DNA of 64,000 nt from a virus (Duplodnaviria > Caudoviricetes): IMG/VR virus record IMGVR_UViG_3300029705_000021; one strand, written 5' to 3'. The position numbers and the translations under genes are program-made. Below are positions 32,301 to 45,512 of this stretch, piece after piece (within the stretch, counting starts at the first letter, position 1; each line of letters opens with the position of its first letter). Under the pieces are notes generated by a model, which was given only the letters and a program-made list of their open reading frames with translations, was not told the DNA's origin and did not search any database.

Positions 32301-35300
32301 CTCCATACAACCAACCATTCAGATAATCAATGTTGTAGCAATACTGTGTGTAGTTACCAGTTTCTTTTCTTTCTTCACTTGTGTAAGCATAAAATCCATC
32401 TCCGTAGTTCTCTTTCTCAATGTGAAGATATCCGAAGTTGTGTAAATAAGCCCGTAAGTTATCTTTAATAATTTCCTTTTCTGTATTTGTCATATCCATT
32501 CCTCCTATATAAATACACAAGCACCATAACGGTCAACTATATAAAACTTCTTACTATGAAGTCCAAAGTCTAAGTGATAACCTTGTGGTAAATGAATCTC
32601 TCTTTTATATTTATCTACCAATGATGTTCCAACTACATTGTTCAATGCATCAAGTTGTTTCCTTAATTTTTCTGTATCAAATCTATTCACATTTACTCTC
32701 CTTTTTATTCTTTAATTCAAGCATCTTTTCTCTGTATTCCTCAATCTGTTCAAGTGTTAACCACTCAGGTTTATCTTCATCTGTAAATGATTCATACAGT
32801 TTCTTCATCTCATCACAATGCTTATTGACTTCCTTGTAGTAAAGGTGTCCCTCGTATCCATTTCCGTTACCTAAGAAGTAATTACAATCCATTTTATATC
32901 TACTTAACATCATGTAATCAAATTCCCTTGGATGCCTTACAAATGGTTCATCACACTCAACTGTTTCTTCTACTTGGTAACTTGGCTCTCCACAAATATC
33001 TCCATCTTCTGGATGTCTATAAGCACCAGTACAAAGACTTAATCCGTTTCTGCCATCATTCACATCAAAGTATAACTTTCCGTTTTCATCTTCGTAGCAA
33101 GGATATTCTGCATATCCACCACCAAAGCCTACATATTTTACTTTCATATTAATATTCCTCCTTATAAAATCTAATTGTATCTGCCTTTTCCTTTTCATAC
33201 TTCTCTCTATCTGTAAATGGTGTGAGATAAATATCTCCCTCACAATATGTAAACACAGCCATCTGTTCATCTGAGAAAGCATAAGCAGAATATCCATCTA
33301 TTTGATGTAATTCAAACCCACACTTGTTTGCGAACTGATAACACAAATCACTCCACCAATGACCTTGTAACATATAATTTCCATTTTTATCTTCAGTTTC
33401 TTCCATAAAGTTTTTATCTGCAATTCTTTGTGTTATTGCATTTAATGAATAAGCCGACAAATCAAGTGGTAAAATTTCATATTCATCATCTTTTGGAATT
33501 CTACCAGTTTCACTTATCAACTTGAAATAATCGTTCCTCTTAATTTGTTTTGCCATAATGTATTCTCCTTCCCTATTCAACTGACCAAGTTCCAACCTTG
33601 TTTCCGTTGATATCCATAATCACACCTTCGTCATATCCATTAGTAAGTTTGCGTGATATGTCCATTAAATTTCTCTGCAACTCATATCTACCTTCCATTG
33701 TAAGAACATCTTCATCACTATAAGCTGCACCACCTGTTTTAATTTCGATCTTTAACATAATGCATTCTCCTTTCCTTTTTCCTACTCTTCTGTAGGAACT
33801 TCAAACCATCTGTATTCGCTTACGATTTTAAATGTTTCATCATCAACATAGCTTGTATCTACAAGAACTACATTGAGATTGTTTTCTACTATGTGGTCTA
33901 TCTCATCTAATGGATAGTCCCACAAGTCTTCATATCCTGTCGTATCAAGGATATGCCTAAGTTCATCTTCGTTTCCCTTTACAAATGGACAGAATCCTAA
34001 AAACTCATCACAATAACTTTGTATACTGTAAATCTGTTTGCTTTTTACCATAGCAATATCTCCTTTCTATAAAATTAATTAGTTACAAGTTCTCTTTCGA
34101 GAGCTTCTTGCTCTTCTTCTCTTTGAAGATTTACATACTCATCATCAGTTTCATATTCTTGATATTTATGCGTTGTTTCACTCTTACCTTTACAAGAATA
34201 TCCAATAAGAAACCAATCATTATACATATTGCTCATCTCCTTTCTAGCTTGATAAACTTTTTAAAGCACTCAATAAATAAATCAAGCCAAGTTCTTTTGC
34301 CTTGTCAATATCTCTTTCAAGCATATCAATTTCTTCATCATATGTTTCTATGTAATCCATATAATCCATATCTGCTGAAGCACTTATGATTTGCTTTGCA
34401 AGTTCTCTACTACTCATTTCCGTTCTCTCCTTTCTCTATATGTTATTATGTAACAAAATGTTAACATAAGAACCATTCCTATTGTTAGTGGAAGTGTTTG
34501 TTCCATCTTGAACATATAGTGACTGATTATTCCACCTGCAACACAACCCATTAAGGTTGCTGTGTAGTTACTTGTTTTCATTTTCATTTTCTCCTTTCAC
34601 TATAAACTCTTCAAGTGCCTTGGCTATATCCTTAAGCTTATAGCTTTTAGCAATATGATGCCATACGCTTGACTTGTGTTCATATGACAATTCGTACTGT
34701 CCGTACCACATATACTGCAAGTTCTTCTCGGTTGCTTTCTCTGGCACTGGAATATACAACTCAAACTTTGTACCATTGTAATCAAAAGTAAAACCATAAG
34801 CATATCCTTCATACCCACAAGTTACAATACTTTCTAACTTAACATCTTTTCTTCTTTTTTCATCAAAAAGTTCCTCAATCAACCTTTTCTTCATCCACTC
34901 ATAAGTCGGTCTTTCCGATTTCTTTTTTAATTTCTGTTGATTAGCAGCTTCTTTCATCATATCTTCCATATAAGGAAGTGTAAGTGACCTAACTCCTCTA
35001 ATAAGTGAAGCTGTTAAAGAGTTCTTAATTGTTGTCAGTTCCTCAATCTCTGCTTCTTTCTTATTAACAAGGTTCTTGTAGTTCTCAATTGCCTTGTATC
35101 TATTTCCTTCGATTTCTTCAATAGTCATACCAAACATATTACATTCTCCTTTCTTATCTCACTCTTGTTCTATCAAACTCATAAGCAGCACTTCCTTGAA
35201 GTAAAGTTTTCCAGCCACCATAAAATGTGATATGAACTTTAGGATTTCCGTTGATGTCCATTGTTATATTGTAACTTTCAATGTCCGAATAAGAATGACA

Positions 35301-36082
35301 AGTTGTTGGTACAAAATCATATAACATATTCATTTGCGCTCGCTCCTCTCTTAATCTTCCATAAAGTCTTCAACAGATATATTATACATATCTTCATAAA
35401 CCTTATAATGATTTATGATTTCCATATGCTCATCTCTTGTAAGGTCTGCAAGTCTTTGTACTTCGTTGCTATACATATTACAAACTCCACTTGCTTGAAC
35501 TTTTACAAATCTTTTGAATTTTTCTTTCGTTATCATAAATAATCTCCTTTCTTAATCCATCCATCTAATAGCCACACCATCTTCATCAATTTCACATCCG
35601 TAATACCCACAATCATCATCGTCTAATTCAACACTTTCGTGTTTATCATGGTATGGCACATGCTTTAATTTCTGTTCTGCTTCTTCATGATTTTCGGCTA
35701 ATAAATATCCATCTGCAATACATTTATATCCAACTGTTGCTCTCCAATGAAAAATTCTCATAACTGTTCTCCTTTCTTAAAGCTCTAAGTTCAATAGAGT
35801 ATCAATGATTTCTCTTGTGTCATATTCTGCTACACCACGCTCGTCTGCAAACACACTATCTTCATTATTTCGTACACTTTCTGCACAATCTTTTAAATAC
35901 TCAAGTTTATTTTTTAAGCGTTCATATTCTTTTTGTGATTTCAATATCTCAATCTGTTCTTCAAGATTTCCTACAATCTTTAAGATTTCTTTTCCACATT
36001 CAGTAAGAATTTTCTCTGCATAAGCAGGTGCATCTAAACTATCTCCAATTTGATTGATTAGCTCTACTATTCTATCTTTCAT
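29309..36082 (-). other. Dense run of small, mostly acidic hypothetical phage genes
   Basis: Many closely spaced 50-190-aa minus-strand ORFs, most with an AAAGGAG-type RBS. Confidence 0.75.
32683..33147 (-). CDS. LPD11-like (large polyvalent protein domain) protein
   Basis: FDYMMLSRYKMDCNYFLGNG...HLY...MKKLYESF...KPEWLT; start moved to MKVKY. Confidence 0.65.
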   Translation of the reverse strand: MKVKYVGFGGGYAEYPCYEDENGKLYFDVNDGRNGLSLCTGAYRHPEDGDICGEPSYQVEETVECDEPFVRHPREFDYMMLSRYKMDCNYFLGNGNGYEGHLYYKEVNKHCDEMKKLYESFTDEDKPEWLTLEQIEEYREKMLELKNKKESKCE

Positions 36083-36145
36083 AGGTTTCAGCTCCTTTCC
36101 GTTAAAGAAAAGGCAGAGGTTAGTCTGCCTTTGGGGTTGGTTAAT

Positions 36146-37117
36146 TTAACTTACTTTTTTGTTTACATACTTTGTTTTTAATAATCTCGCTTCAAATTCA
36201 GCAAGAATATCTTTTGCTAATGTAGCGTGAACTCCCCACATAATAAATTCATTTAACAAAGAATCCCAAGGGATATCATCAACATCAGCTTTTCCGTTGT
36301 CAGTAAACATATTATATAATTCTTCTTTGGTTTGTGATAGATAACCACCATTCATTAGAGGAATATCTAATTGTTTAACTTCTTCTGGTTTGTCTTTTCT
36401 CTTGTAATGATTATTCTTATAATCTGTAATCGCTTGATTACACAACTTACAATCAAGATTTAATTCTTTTGCAATTTGTGTAGGATTTTTACCAGTTCCT
36501 TGACTACTCTCCCAAGTATCCATTAACAAAGTATACTCTTCCCAAGTAAGTTCTGTTGGTGTTGGTGGTGCAGGAGTCGCAGACTCCGTTATAGGCGAAG
36601 CCGTTTCTGTAGACTGAACCGTTGGTCGGTCACGGTCACGGTCAGTACTATCATTATCACCATCATTACCATTATCATTATCATTATCATTATCAAAAGT
36701 AAGAATTCCTTCATACTCTCCATTACGATATTTCTTTAATGTTTTGTTAACTTTTCCTTTGCTGGTATGTAATAACTGTGCAAGTTTATCTTGGCTTAAA
36801 TCTGGTCGGTCACAGTGTGACTGAATAATCTTTTTACTCATTTCCAAATCTTCACCAGAAAATGCTCTTGCTCTTTTCTCTTGTCCTTTATCAATTACAT
36901 CAAATACTGTTTCAGACACAAAGATTAGAATGTCTTCATCTATTGGTCTTATACCATATAATCCATAATCAATAATTGCACTTTGAACTTTGTAAGCCAT
37001 ATCTACTCCGTACTTCTTTTCAATACGCTTCACACTTGTTCTGTAGTTTCCGAAGAATGACATACATATACTTCTGTCAAACTCCTCTGTTTGCGTTGTT
37101 ACATTGTCTTTTGTCAT
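36146..37117 (-). CDS. Putative replication or DNA-binding protein with HTH and DN-repeat linker
   Basis: N-terminal SFF..Y...AIIDYGLYG (DUF6291-like), HTH-like SQDKLAQLLHTSKGKV, (DN)n tract, second HTH-like TQIAKEL. Confidence 0.45.
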   Translation of the reverse strand: MTKDNVTTQTEEFDRSICMSFFGNYRTSVKRIEKKYGVDMAYKVQSAIIDYGLYGIRPIDEDILIFVSETVFDVIDKGQEKRARAFSGEDLEMSKKIIQSHCDRPDLSQDKLAQLLHTSKGKVNKTLKKYRNGEYEGILTFDNDNDNDNGNDGDNDSTDRDRDRPTVQSTETASPITESATPAPPTPTELTWEEYTLLMDTWESSQGTGKNPTQIAKELNLDCKLCNQAITDYKNNHYKRKDKPEEVKQLDIPLMNGGYLSQTKEELYNMFTDNGKADVDDIPWDSLLNEFIMWGVHATLAKDILAEFEARLLKTKYVNKKVS

Positions 37118-37144
37118 TTGTCTTTTCTCCTTTAAATGTATTTA

Positions 37145-37324
37145 TTAACAACTTGGAATCAAGCTGTAATATTCTTCAATCGCATCTCGGAGAGCAGGTG
37201 TTTCTTCAAATATCCATACCTTTCTATTAGGGATAAATACATTTGGTTTCTCTTCTAAATACTTAAACCCTTTCTCCAATAAGTAGGTACATAACCTAAT
37301 CTTTCTACATACATATGTTTTCAT
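37145..37324 (-). CDS. DUF5659-like small protein (59 aa, not in the ORF track)
   Basis: MKTYVCRKIRLCTYLLEKGF...PN....VWIFEET..L..AIEEY. Confidence 0.6.
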   Translation of the reverse strand: MKTYVCRKIRLCTYLLEKGFKYLEEKPNVFIPNRKVWIFEETPALRDAIEEYYSLIPSC

Positions 37325-38047
37325 TTTGCTTTTCTCCTTTCTCTATTGGCTCGTTTACTCAGTTAAAATATAATCGCAATCTATACGAGTATCTACATCA
37401 AAGTCGCAAATAATAAATTTGCCTTTCATTCCTGTATCTCTTGCATATCCATCTGCTATTTCCTGTGCTTCCTTTTCTTCGTTTGCACAGATAAGGATAT
37501 TGAAGTCTTCTTCTTCGTTACAACCCATCCACAAGTTATTCATATCTGTTATCTTCATAAAATCAATCCTTTCCGTTTATATTTTTAATTAGTCTTCACA
37601 TCTTAAATTGTGCAATTTTATATAGAACTCAATATGAGTAACCATACGTTTCTTACACATATTCTTAAATGCACGACCTGTTGTATTCTGTTTTACTTGC
37701 AGTGGATATAACATTTCCAACATCTGAACAAGCTGTTTTCTTGTAAATTCTTCTACAAAATCTTTATTGTAAAAGTATACGCTTAAGTAATTCTTAAGTT
37801 GTCCAACTGTTTTAAAAGTTACTTCGCTTGGGTTTCTACCATCTGTAAATTCTAAGCAAACTCTTTCTTCCATAGATATATCTAATCCATAGTTAACACC
37901 ATGATGACATCTACCAAGCCAACTATATTTGCATTGCCAACAATTATGCATTTCATCTTTTAATGCTCCATTCATAATTATCTCCTTTCCTAATACTACC
38001 ACAACCCACCTGTTTTGTCAAGTGGGCTGTGTGTATTTTTGATTAGT

Positions 38048-38425
38048 TTATTTAACTATCTTTACCTTGCAACCGAAGTGTGCTTCAAGTTCTGCCATTG
38101 TCATTTCCTTGACTGGCTTTTCTCTTTTCCAAAGAAGTTTTCTTTCGCTTCTCTCATAGTTAAGGTCAGCAAAAGTATATGGATGTGGTGATAATTCAAC
38201 TTTTATAATATCAAAATCGTCTCCATCATTACAGTCCATCAATCCATTTTTATAAGTCAAATCTTCTTCGTAATTCTCTAACCTATTCCAACGGTGTTCA
38301 TCTGAATTTAACATTACATCACACGCTCCTTTAGTATAATCTGATACTGCATCAAGAAGTACAACATATTCGCTCCCATCTCTTATTGTAACAATCATAC
38401 CAGTTTTTAAATCACTTTTCTTCAT
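38048..38425 (-). CDS. Hypothetical phage protein (paralog of the 16062-16736 C-terminus)
   Basis: Shared terminal motif EMTMAELEAHFGCKVKIVK. Confidence 0.7.
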   Translation of the reverse strand: MKKSDLKTGMIVTIRDGSEYVVLLDAVSDYTKGACDVMLNSDEHRWNRLENYEEDLTYKNGLMDCNDGDDFDIIKVELSPHPYTFADLNYERSERKLLWKREKPVKEMTMAELEAHFGCKVKIVK

Positions 38426-38698
38426 TTCGCTTACCTACCTTTCTATTTCAAGTCTACCGTGTCTATACGCATCATACTCTTCATCTGTCATTTCCATACG
38501 AAGTCTTTCTTCATCAAGTTCTGGACACTCTACATCATTAGGCGTATCATCAATACATAAACCTGTTTCATCACAATAAAGTTTTCCGTTCTCTTCTCTA
38601 CAAATGCCACAATTAACACAGTCTTCCCTTGTTGTAATCAAACCTAACTCGCTTACTCTTTCTCTTGTGATTTTCATAGTTCTATTCCTCCTTTTTGA

Positions 38699-39523
38699 TT
38701 AGTTTACTTTCAACAGCCCCTTGATTGCTAACAGCACAGCGTTTCTGTTAGTATGTTCTGGGAAGTTATGTTTTCCCTCAATAATCAACTCTTCTGGTGT
38801 AATAGAATTCATAAGTCTTATCAACTTTGGCTCTATCATATTAAGATTTTCCTTGTTATCATTACACAAAGACCATAATGGCAAATATATAATCTCTGTA
38901 TACGCCTTTGGACAATTAGCCCAGTTAGAAGCATTGATTACATCTATTATCCATTCAAAGTATGTAGAATGTGTTCTTACATTACCTAAACACTTCAACA
39001 CCTTTTCATTCTTTGCCTTTGTGTATCTTACTTCTATACCATACTTATCGCAAACTCGCTTGATTTCCATATCCTTTGCAATAACAGGAATACTTGTATC
39101 ACCACAAGCTATATTTGCCTTAAATATATCATATGGAGTTAATCTGTTGATATTTTCCTGCTGTTGTGCAAACTTGCGAGCTTCATCGTGCTGTGTTAAG
39201 TTTGTAAATATGATACACGGAAGCGATGCAATTCCTTTTGCCTTAGCAACTGAGTATCTGTGCTGACCATCAATGATATAGAACTTATTATCTCTGTATG
39301 AAACAACCAAGAAGTCACATTTATCATTATCCCATTCTTCCACAAGCTTCTTTATTGTTGCACCAAGAACTCTCTGATATGAATAATCAAGTTCCATTAA
39401 GGCAACTGGTACACTTGCAATCCTCTTACCACAGATTGAATATGTATTTTCCATTACTGTTGTTGCTAATGTTGTTGTATTTCCTGTTACTACTGTTACG
39501 TTATTTCTTTCTATTGTTCTCAT
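38699..39523 (-). CDS. ParB-like (DUF6551-type) protein
   Basis: DYSYQR...YIIDGQHR...EARKF motifs. Confidence 0.75.
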   Translation of the reverse strand: MRTIERNNVTVVTGNTTTLATTVMENTYSICGKRIASVPVALMELDYSYQRVLGATIKKLVEEWDNDKCDFLVVSYRDNKFYIIDGQHRYSVAKAKGIASLPCIIFTNLTQHDEARKFAQQQENINRLTPYDIFKANIACGDTSIPVIAKDMEIKRVCDKYGIEVRYTKAKNEKVLKCLGNVRTHSTYFEWIIDVINASNWANCPKAYTEIIYLPLWSLCNDNKENLNMIEPKLIRLMNSITPEELIIEGKHNFPEHTNRNAVLLAIKGLLKVN

Positions 39524-39604
39524 AATTCTTTACCTCATTCTTTCTTTCAATAAATAACACCCTGCACTCATTTGAATACAGGGTGTGTTTTTAATTAGCT
39601 TCAG

Positions 39605-39703
39605 CTACTTAACCAGCTTGCTTGCCGAGAGCTTTACCACTCTCTTTCTCTTTGGATGAACCAGTGCTCTCTTTGTCATTGTCTTCTTTCCTAACTGTAC
39701 CAT
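39605..39703 (-). CDS. 32-aa basic micro-peptide
   Basis: MVQLGKKTMTKRALVHPKRERVVKLSASKLVK*; GAGG RBS; paralog of the adjacent peptide. Confidence 0.7.
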   Translation of the reverse strand: MVQLGKKTMTKRALVHPKRKRVVKLSASKLVK

Positions 39704-39721
39704 AATAAATTCCTCTCTTTC

Positions 39722-39829
39722 TTAATTCTTCTTAATAAGTTTACTTGCTGCAATTCTTACTGTCTTGTTTCTCTTTGGGTGAACAAGACTTCTCTTTGTA
39801 ACAACTTTCTTTGCTAACTTAACTGGCAT
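39722..39829 (-). CDS. 35-aa basic micro-peptide
   Basis: MPVKLAKKVVTKRSLVHPKRNKTVRIAASKLIKKN*; GAGGTG RBS. Confidence 0.7.
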   Translation of the reverse strand: MPVKLAKKVVTKRSLVHPKRNKTVRIAASKLIKKN

Positions 39830-40193
39830 AGTTTCTGCACCTCTCTTTCTTAGTTTGTTCTCATAAACTCGCTCAAGTACCATCTCTGTCTTTGTCTTAC
39901 AAAAAATGGTTTGCCTTGAGCTGTATATTGAATACGTGACTTAGATACTCTTATGTATCCTTCTCCGTAATTCTCAGCTGTGATGACATAATCATCTATT
40001 CCTTGTTGAAGCTCCATTATGCAAACTCCACCAAAGTTACAAGTTGAGCAAGTTGCTACTGGACTTGCATTAGGCGGATATTTCCTTGCTTTCATTTACA
40101 TCACTCCCTTCTAATCTTCCAAAGCTCTTTCAATAGCATTATTAATCGCAATCTCTAAACAGATTTCGCTTATGACCTCATCAACAAGTTCCA

Positions 40194-40790
40194 TCATTTA
40201 ATCACCTCATAGTTCTCTGGGATATGATTTGCAGAAATATAACCACTTCCATCAGCAAGCATCCAAAAAGGTTTCTTGAATTGATAGCCTGCTTCGTGTT
40301 TGAATACTTCCATTTCTCTTCCGTCCCAACGGGTGTACTTAATTCGTGTACCTACTGGCAGACTTGAAAGTGTTGGTTTCTTATTTGTGCGTTTCTCATT
40401 ACATTTTCTTCTCCACTCTAAAGCATTTTCATTTTCCGTTGGTGAAAGTAAATCAAGAATTCCTTTTGGACAATCATACTGATATGGGCGTACTGTTTCG
40501 TCCATATCCTTATATCCAAAATTCATTCCGTCATTCCATTTTGTACTTGTTAAACATATTGCAGCCCAAGTACAATCATATCCAGTCTGTGAGTTCGTTG
40601 TCCTTACAGCCGCATAATATGTACTTCCTACCATAGAAGATTTTAACACTTCCATTTTAGGATAGTGACAAGTACCACCATTGTAATCAGAACCATCGTG
40701 TTCTTCTTGTGTAAACCTCTTATCCATTTCTGCTTTACGGTCTACTTTTCCGTTTTTGTAATGTGTTGCTCTGTAACTTGTCCAACCCAT
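40194..40790 (-). CDS. DUF6927-like protein
   Basis: MGW..., VLKS.MVGSTYYAAV, FGYKDMDE...P...DCP..IL.LL, A.EWR..C. Confidence 0.65.
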   Translation of the reverse strand: MGWTSYRATHYKNGKVDRKAEMDKRFTQEEHDGSDYNGGTCHYPKMEVLKSSMVGSTYYAAVRTTNSQTGYDCTWAAICLTSTKWNDGMNFGYKDMDETVRPYQYDCPKGILDLLSPTENENALEWRRKCNEKRTNKKPTLSSLPVGTRIKYTRWDGREMEVFKHEAGYQFKKPFWMLADGSGYISANHIPENYEVIK

Positions 40791-42574
40791 AGTTATTCTC
40801 CCTTCTAAATCAGATCAAAAATATAATCAGGTTCTAAACCAAAATCATATTCTAAAATTTCCTCTGGATTTTCACCTTCAAGTACTCTTTCCCTTGCATC
40901 TTCAACTTCTCTTATGGCTTCTTCTAATGTGTATCCATCTCTTTCCATTAGAATTTTAACTATTGCGTTCATAATATCAACCTACCTTTCTACTTCCATA
41001 ATTCATAGTTCAACATATCAATAAGTTCTCCACAATCAACCCATAAAGCGTGATTTACTTTCTCTTTTCTGTAGTCTTCGATTGTGTTACACTGCTCAGG
41101 TATATCTAACCTATCAGCATATTTTCTTAACAGTAACCACAATACAAAATTCTGTTCATCTACTGTTAGGTTGCTTATTTGCGTATCAAGTTCACAAAAT
41201 TTTGCTTCTCTATCCATACTAAACCACCACCATTCCGTTCTGTCTTTCAGTAATTCCATACTTAATCATTGCATTACAGAAGTCATTTGCCTTCTCAATG
41301 CTTATTTTCATATGGTCAGCTATCAAGCCTACACTCATAACACCTTGACTGTTCTTCTTTACATTGCCATATACTGTTCCACAGAGGTCTCTGTAGAATT
41401 CGGTTGCCTGTGACTTTGTGATTTCTGGTGTTAATGTTCTCATATTCATCACTCCTTATATTTAATTTTTAATGCTGTTAAATCAGCAATTAAATCCATA
41501 TCTTTTAAATGTTGTTCTTCTGGATAGTATGGATTTTCGCTACGAGCTATTATTTTCGCTTGTACTTCTTTAATTATTCGCTCGTTTGTAAGATGTTGTG
41601 TTGCCATAGTCACATTTCCTTTCCGTTATACAAACTCAACAAGTTCTCTTGCTAATTCTTTATCATCTTTTCCTATAGCAATTCCTACAAGTGCAGCATT
41701 AAGCATATTAAGACTTGCCTGTTCACTTGCTCTACATCTATCAATGATATCCTGATGATACTCTTCTTCTACCTTGCGAAGTCTTGTAACTTCTTCTCTT
41801 AATTTTCTGTTTTCCATTACAATATTCGCCATTGTTAAAATGATTTCTTCTGTCTGTTCAATCGCAATATCTGCAATTTCTCTCTGTTGCCATTTGTCAA
41901 ATTCTTTTGCCATTTTTATCTACCTACCTTTCTAATAATCAAATGCTTCATATGGGTCATCTAACCCATCAACTTCTGCCATCTCAAACAAAGCACCTCG
42001 TATTTCACCAATACTCTGTTCAAGCTCTGCTATATCTTCTACATCTGCGTTCTGCTCTTTAGCTAGTTTCAATGCTTCTTCATAGCCTTCAAGCATACGA
42101 TTAAGCCTTGCGTATTCACCCATTGTTACCACCTATTCCTTTCTTCTCCACAATACTCTTTCTGAAGCTCTATTAACTTCTTCTTAAGCTCCGTTAATAC
42201 ATCATCCTCAACCAAATCTTTTGGATTATTTGGTCTCGCAAACGACACTCCATCAGACATTGTAAACAGCTTGACTTCTATGATTGTGTCATAAATTGTT
42301 CTCTGTTTCGCTATGAGAAACTTCTTTCCATAACGATTTTTGCAAAGTATTATTTCCCATACCTTTCTCTGAATTGTGATTTCTCTTATCTGCATATCTG
42401 CATCTCCTTCCCTATGCCAATTCATTTCTTCTCTTATTGGCATATCTAAACAAACAAAGTTTTTCTTGAAACTAAGAATTATTATTACTCGCTTTCCGTT
42501 CTATTTTGGAAAGGAGTGGGTGTTCTGAATTTCACACACCCTAATACCATTGTTTGCTTGGATATGCCAACAAG

Positions 42575-42612
42575 CACTTGACCACTTGACTTGACCACTT
42601 GACTTGTTGACA
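42575..42612. repeat. Short tandem repeat of CACTTGAC/TTGAC units
   Basis: CACTTGAC-CACTTGAC-TTGAC-CACTTGAC-TTGTTGACA in intergenic DNA. Confidence 0.75.
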
Positions 42613-45512
42613 TTAAAAAAGAGAGTGATTAGTTCTCACTCTCTACTGCTTCAACTACTGCTTCAACATCTCCGTTGTACTCCTGCAAAGCCGAAAGATA
42701 TGCTTCACGTATCTCTGATATACGCTCTGCTCTCTTACGCTCTGCACGAAGCTTTCTCTTCTCAGCACGTTTCGCTTTCTGACGAGCCTTGATTTCTGCT
42801 CTCTTTGTAGCTTCCTTACGTGCCTCATTGATTTCTATGACCTGACTGTCTGCTGTCTTGAGTATCTTGTAGTACTTATCTGCACCACCACAAATATGTT
42901 TCATAATACATACTTCAAGACCTCTTGAGAAGTCATATTCATCTCCCATACAGCATTTTGCTTTCTGTATGTCTCCGTCCTCGAAGAATACAACCACTGT
43001 CTGCTTTTTATTATCTACCTTGTAATCTTTAATTTTAAATCTCATATTTTTGTCCTCCAATCTGATTTCTTTTGTTGTGTTTTCTGTTTCTGTTACACGC
43101 TCGGCTACCAAGCCCTCGAACATTTCTTCCACAAACCAGCCACCGTACTCTGCGACTTGATATGTATTATCATTCGGATCTACTTGTGTGATGGTTACGA
43201 TTTTATTTGGTAACTCTCTTTTTTTATAGTTGGGAAGACAACCAATAATACGGTATTCTTCCTTTATGTTTTTTACTACTCTTACAATATCTCCTATTTT
43301 GTATTTTGCCATTTTTTGTCCTCCTTAAATGTCAACTTTGTTGTTTCCCTTGTTGTCGTGTTACTTTGCTTGGTTTACAGTTACAAAAAAAGAGTTCCCT
43401 TATTCGAGAACTCTTTTTACTCTGCATTTCCAATATGCAGAAAATTTATATTCGTACTTACGCCTTGTCATTCTCATTTTATCACTTCCTTTCTACTTTG
43501 AAAATATAATGTCCCTTGCTCGTCTGTCTATCTCATATTCAGACTTACAATTATCAAATATGTGTCTGTCTACCTTGAAGCCTAATTGCTTCAAAAGGTC
43601 TACCTTTTTCTCTGCATAGGTTCTTCCTTTTGCACCGATCATATCTGTATCATATGTAATTCCCATTTTCCTTTCACCTACCTTTCATTGTTCTCCTCGT
43701 TCTCTGCATACATAATTCCCTTGTGGTCTAAATACTCCCAAAGGATTATATATTCTCCCTTGTCATCTGTTAAGACTTCAAAGGTTTCTTGACGGTTGTG
43801 TGTTCCGTCTAATTCCACATCTGTACAATCACAGGTTATCTCCGTTTCTGTTCTTGATACAATTTCGTAGTACATTTGACCACTCGTAAAGATGTCTGTA
43901 CTACAGAATTTATCACCGACTTGGAATTTATTCATAGGCTTTTCCCAAAAGATTTCGTCCTTATGTGCTCTCACATAGTCGGTGATTTCCGTTGATGTGC
44001 CAACTAACCAACCTTGAGAAAGCGCAAGCCAATTCTCCCCTGTCTCTGGATTTCGGAAACAGATTCCGTGTCCAAAGTTACACAACGGATGGAAATCGGC
44101 TATTATTTTATCAGCAATGAGCAGTTCCTTTGGCTTCTCATCTGTCCAGTTTTCCCACTGGCATATGTGCCAACACTTCTCTGCATCAAAAGCTTTCATT
44201 TCTATTTGCCCATAGTATGTTGGGCAATCTTCTCCCTTTGGGAAAACATAAAAGCTAATTTGCATTCCGTTACACCTCCTATAAATCTATTTCCCACCAC
44301 TCAATCGTATATGTGTTTCCGTTGTCTAACATATAACAGAATCCATATAGCGATGTGGAAATTACTGTTGCGTTGTGGCTTTTACACCACTTGCGAGCAT
44401 AATAGAGCTGTTCCTCTTCTGAATGAATTACATTCATTGTTACACCTCCTACTCTGCCACACCGACAATTTTCCAATCATCGGTAAACTTACAGATGATT
44501 TCCGTTCCTACTTCGTATCCGTCTCCGTAGAAAGAGTATAACTCTCCCTTGTAGTTGACTGTTACGAGGTCTCCGTTAATTTCTGTTACCTCACAAGTAC
44601 GTTCTGTTACGTACTCGTAATGGAGACCATTGTTACTTTCACTTGCTATTGCATATCTGCTTTCTGTTGCACTTGCAGATACAATTCCTGCTCCACATAA
44701 CACCACAATAAAAAGAAACATTACAGCAATGATAATATTACTCATAATGTTTCCCTTGTTTCCCTTGTTACGCTCTTTAATCGAAGCAGAGTACGCAGCT
44801 GCTCTTGCGTTCCTCTCTGTTAATTCATTCTTTTTCTGCACCATTCGGGCAAAGGTTAAATCTAACTTCTTTTCCATAGTTAGTCCTCCTTTCCTAACAT
44901 TTCTTCTATCACACTTTTTGCCTGTGCCATTGCTTCAGCACTATAACCAACACATCCTCCGTTGCACCCGTCATAAGTACCATCGGCATAGCAGCACTCT
45001 GCATATTTGTAGACTGCTTTCTTAAGGGCTTCTTTGTCAATGCCTGCGTCTACTCTGCCAAGGCTCTTGCACCCAATGATGCGTCCGTTCTCGTCACGAA
45101 CAGACTCATTTGGAATAAACACATCATCTCTTCCCTTGCAACGCTGTGCTACAAGACTAGAAACAATATATACAACTCCCTCTTGTGGCTCTGGTAAGTT
45201 CTCTACTTCACCAAACTTAGTTTCTGTTACAGGAATACCTACACAGATACCTGTCACTATAGTTTCCGTTGTTACTCTCGCAATTGTGCCTGATGGCTCA
45301 ACTGTAAGAGCTATATCTCCATTGCTATCTACAAATGTGATAGCGTGTGGTGTTAAATTAACCACCATTTCTGTTGTCTTCTTCATAATATCCTTCCTTT
45401 CCGTCTGCCTTTGGTTTGGGAGAATTGCGCAGACTTCCCTTGATTTCCGTTGCATACTTATGCAACCATTTCAACCTACTTTTTGGAAATAGGCTCAAAT
45501 CGTTGCAAAAAA

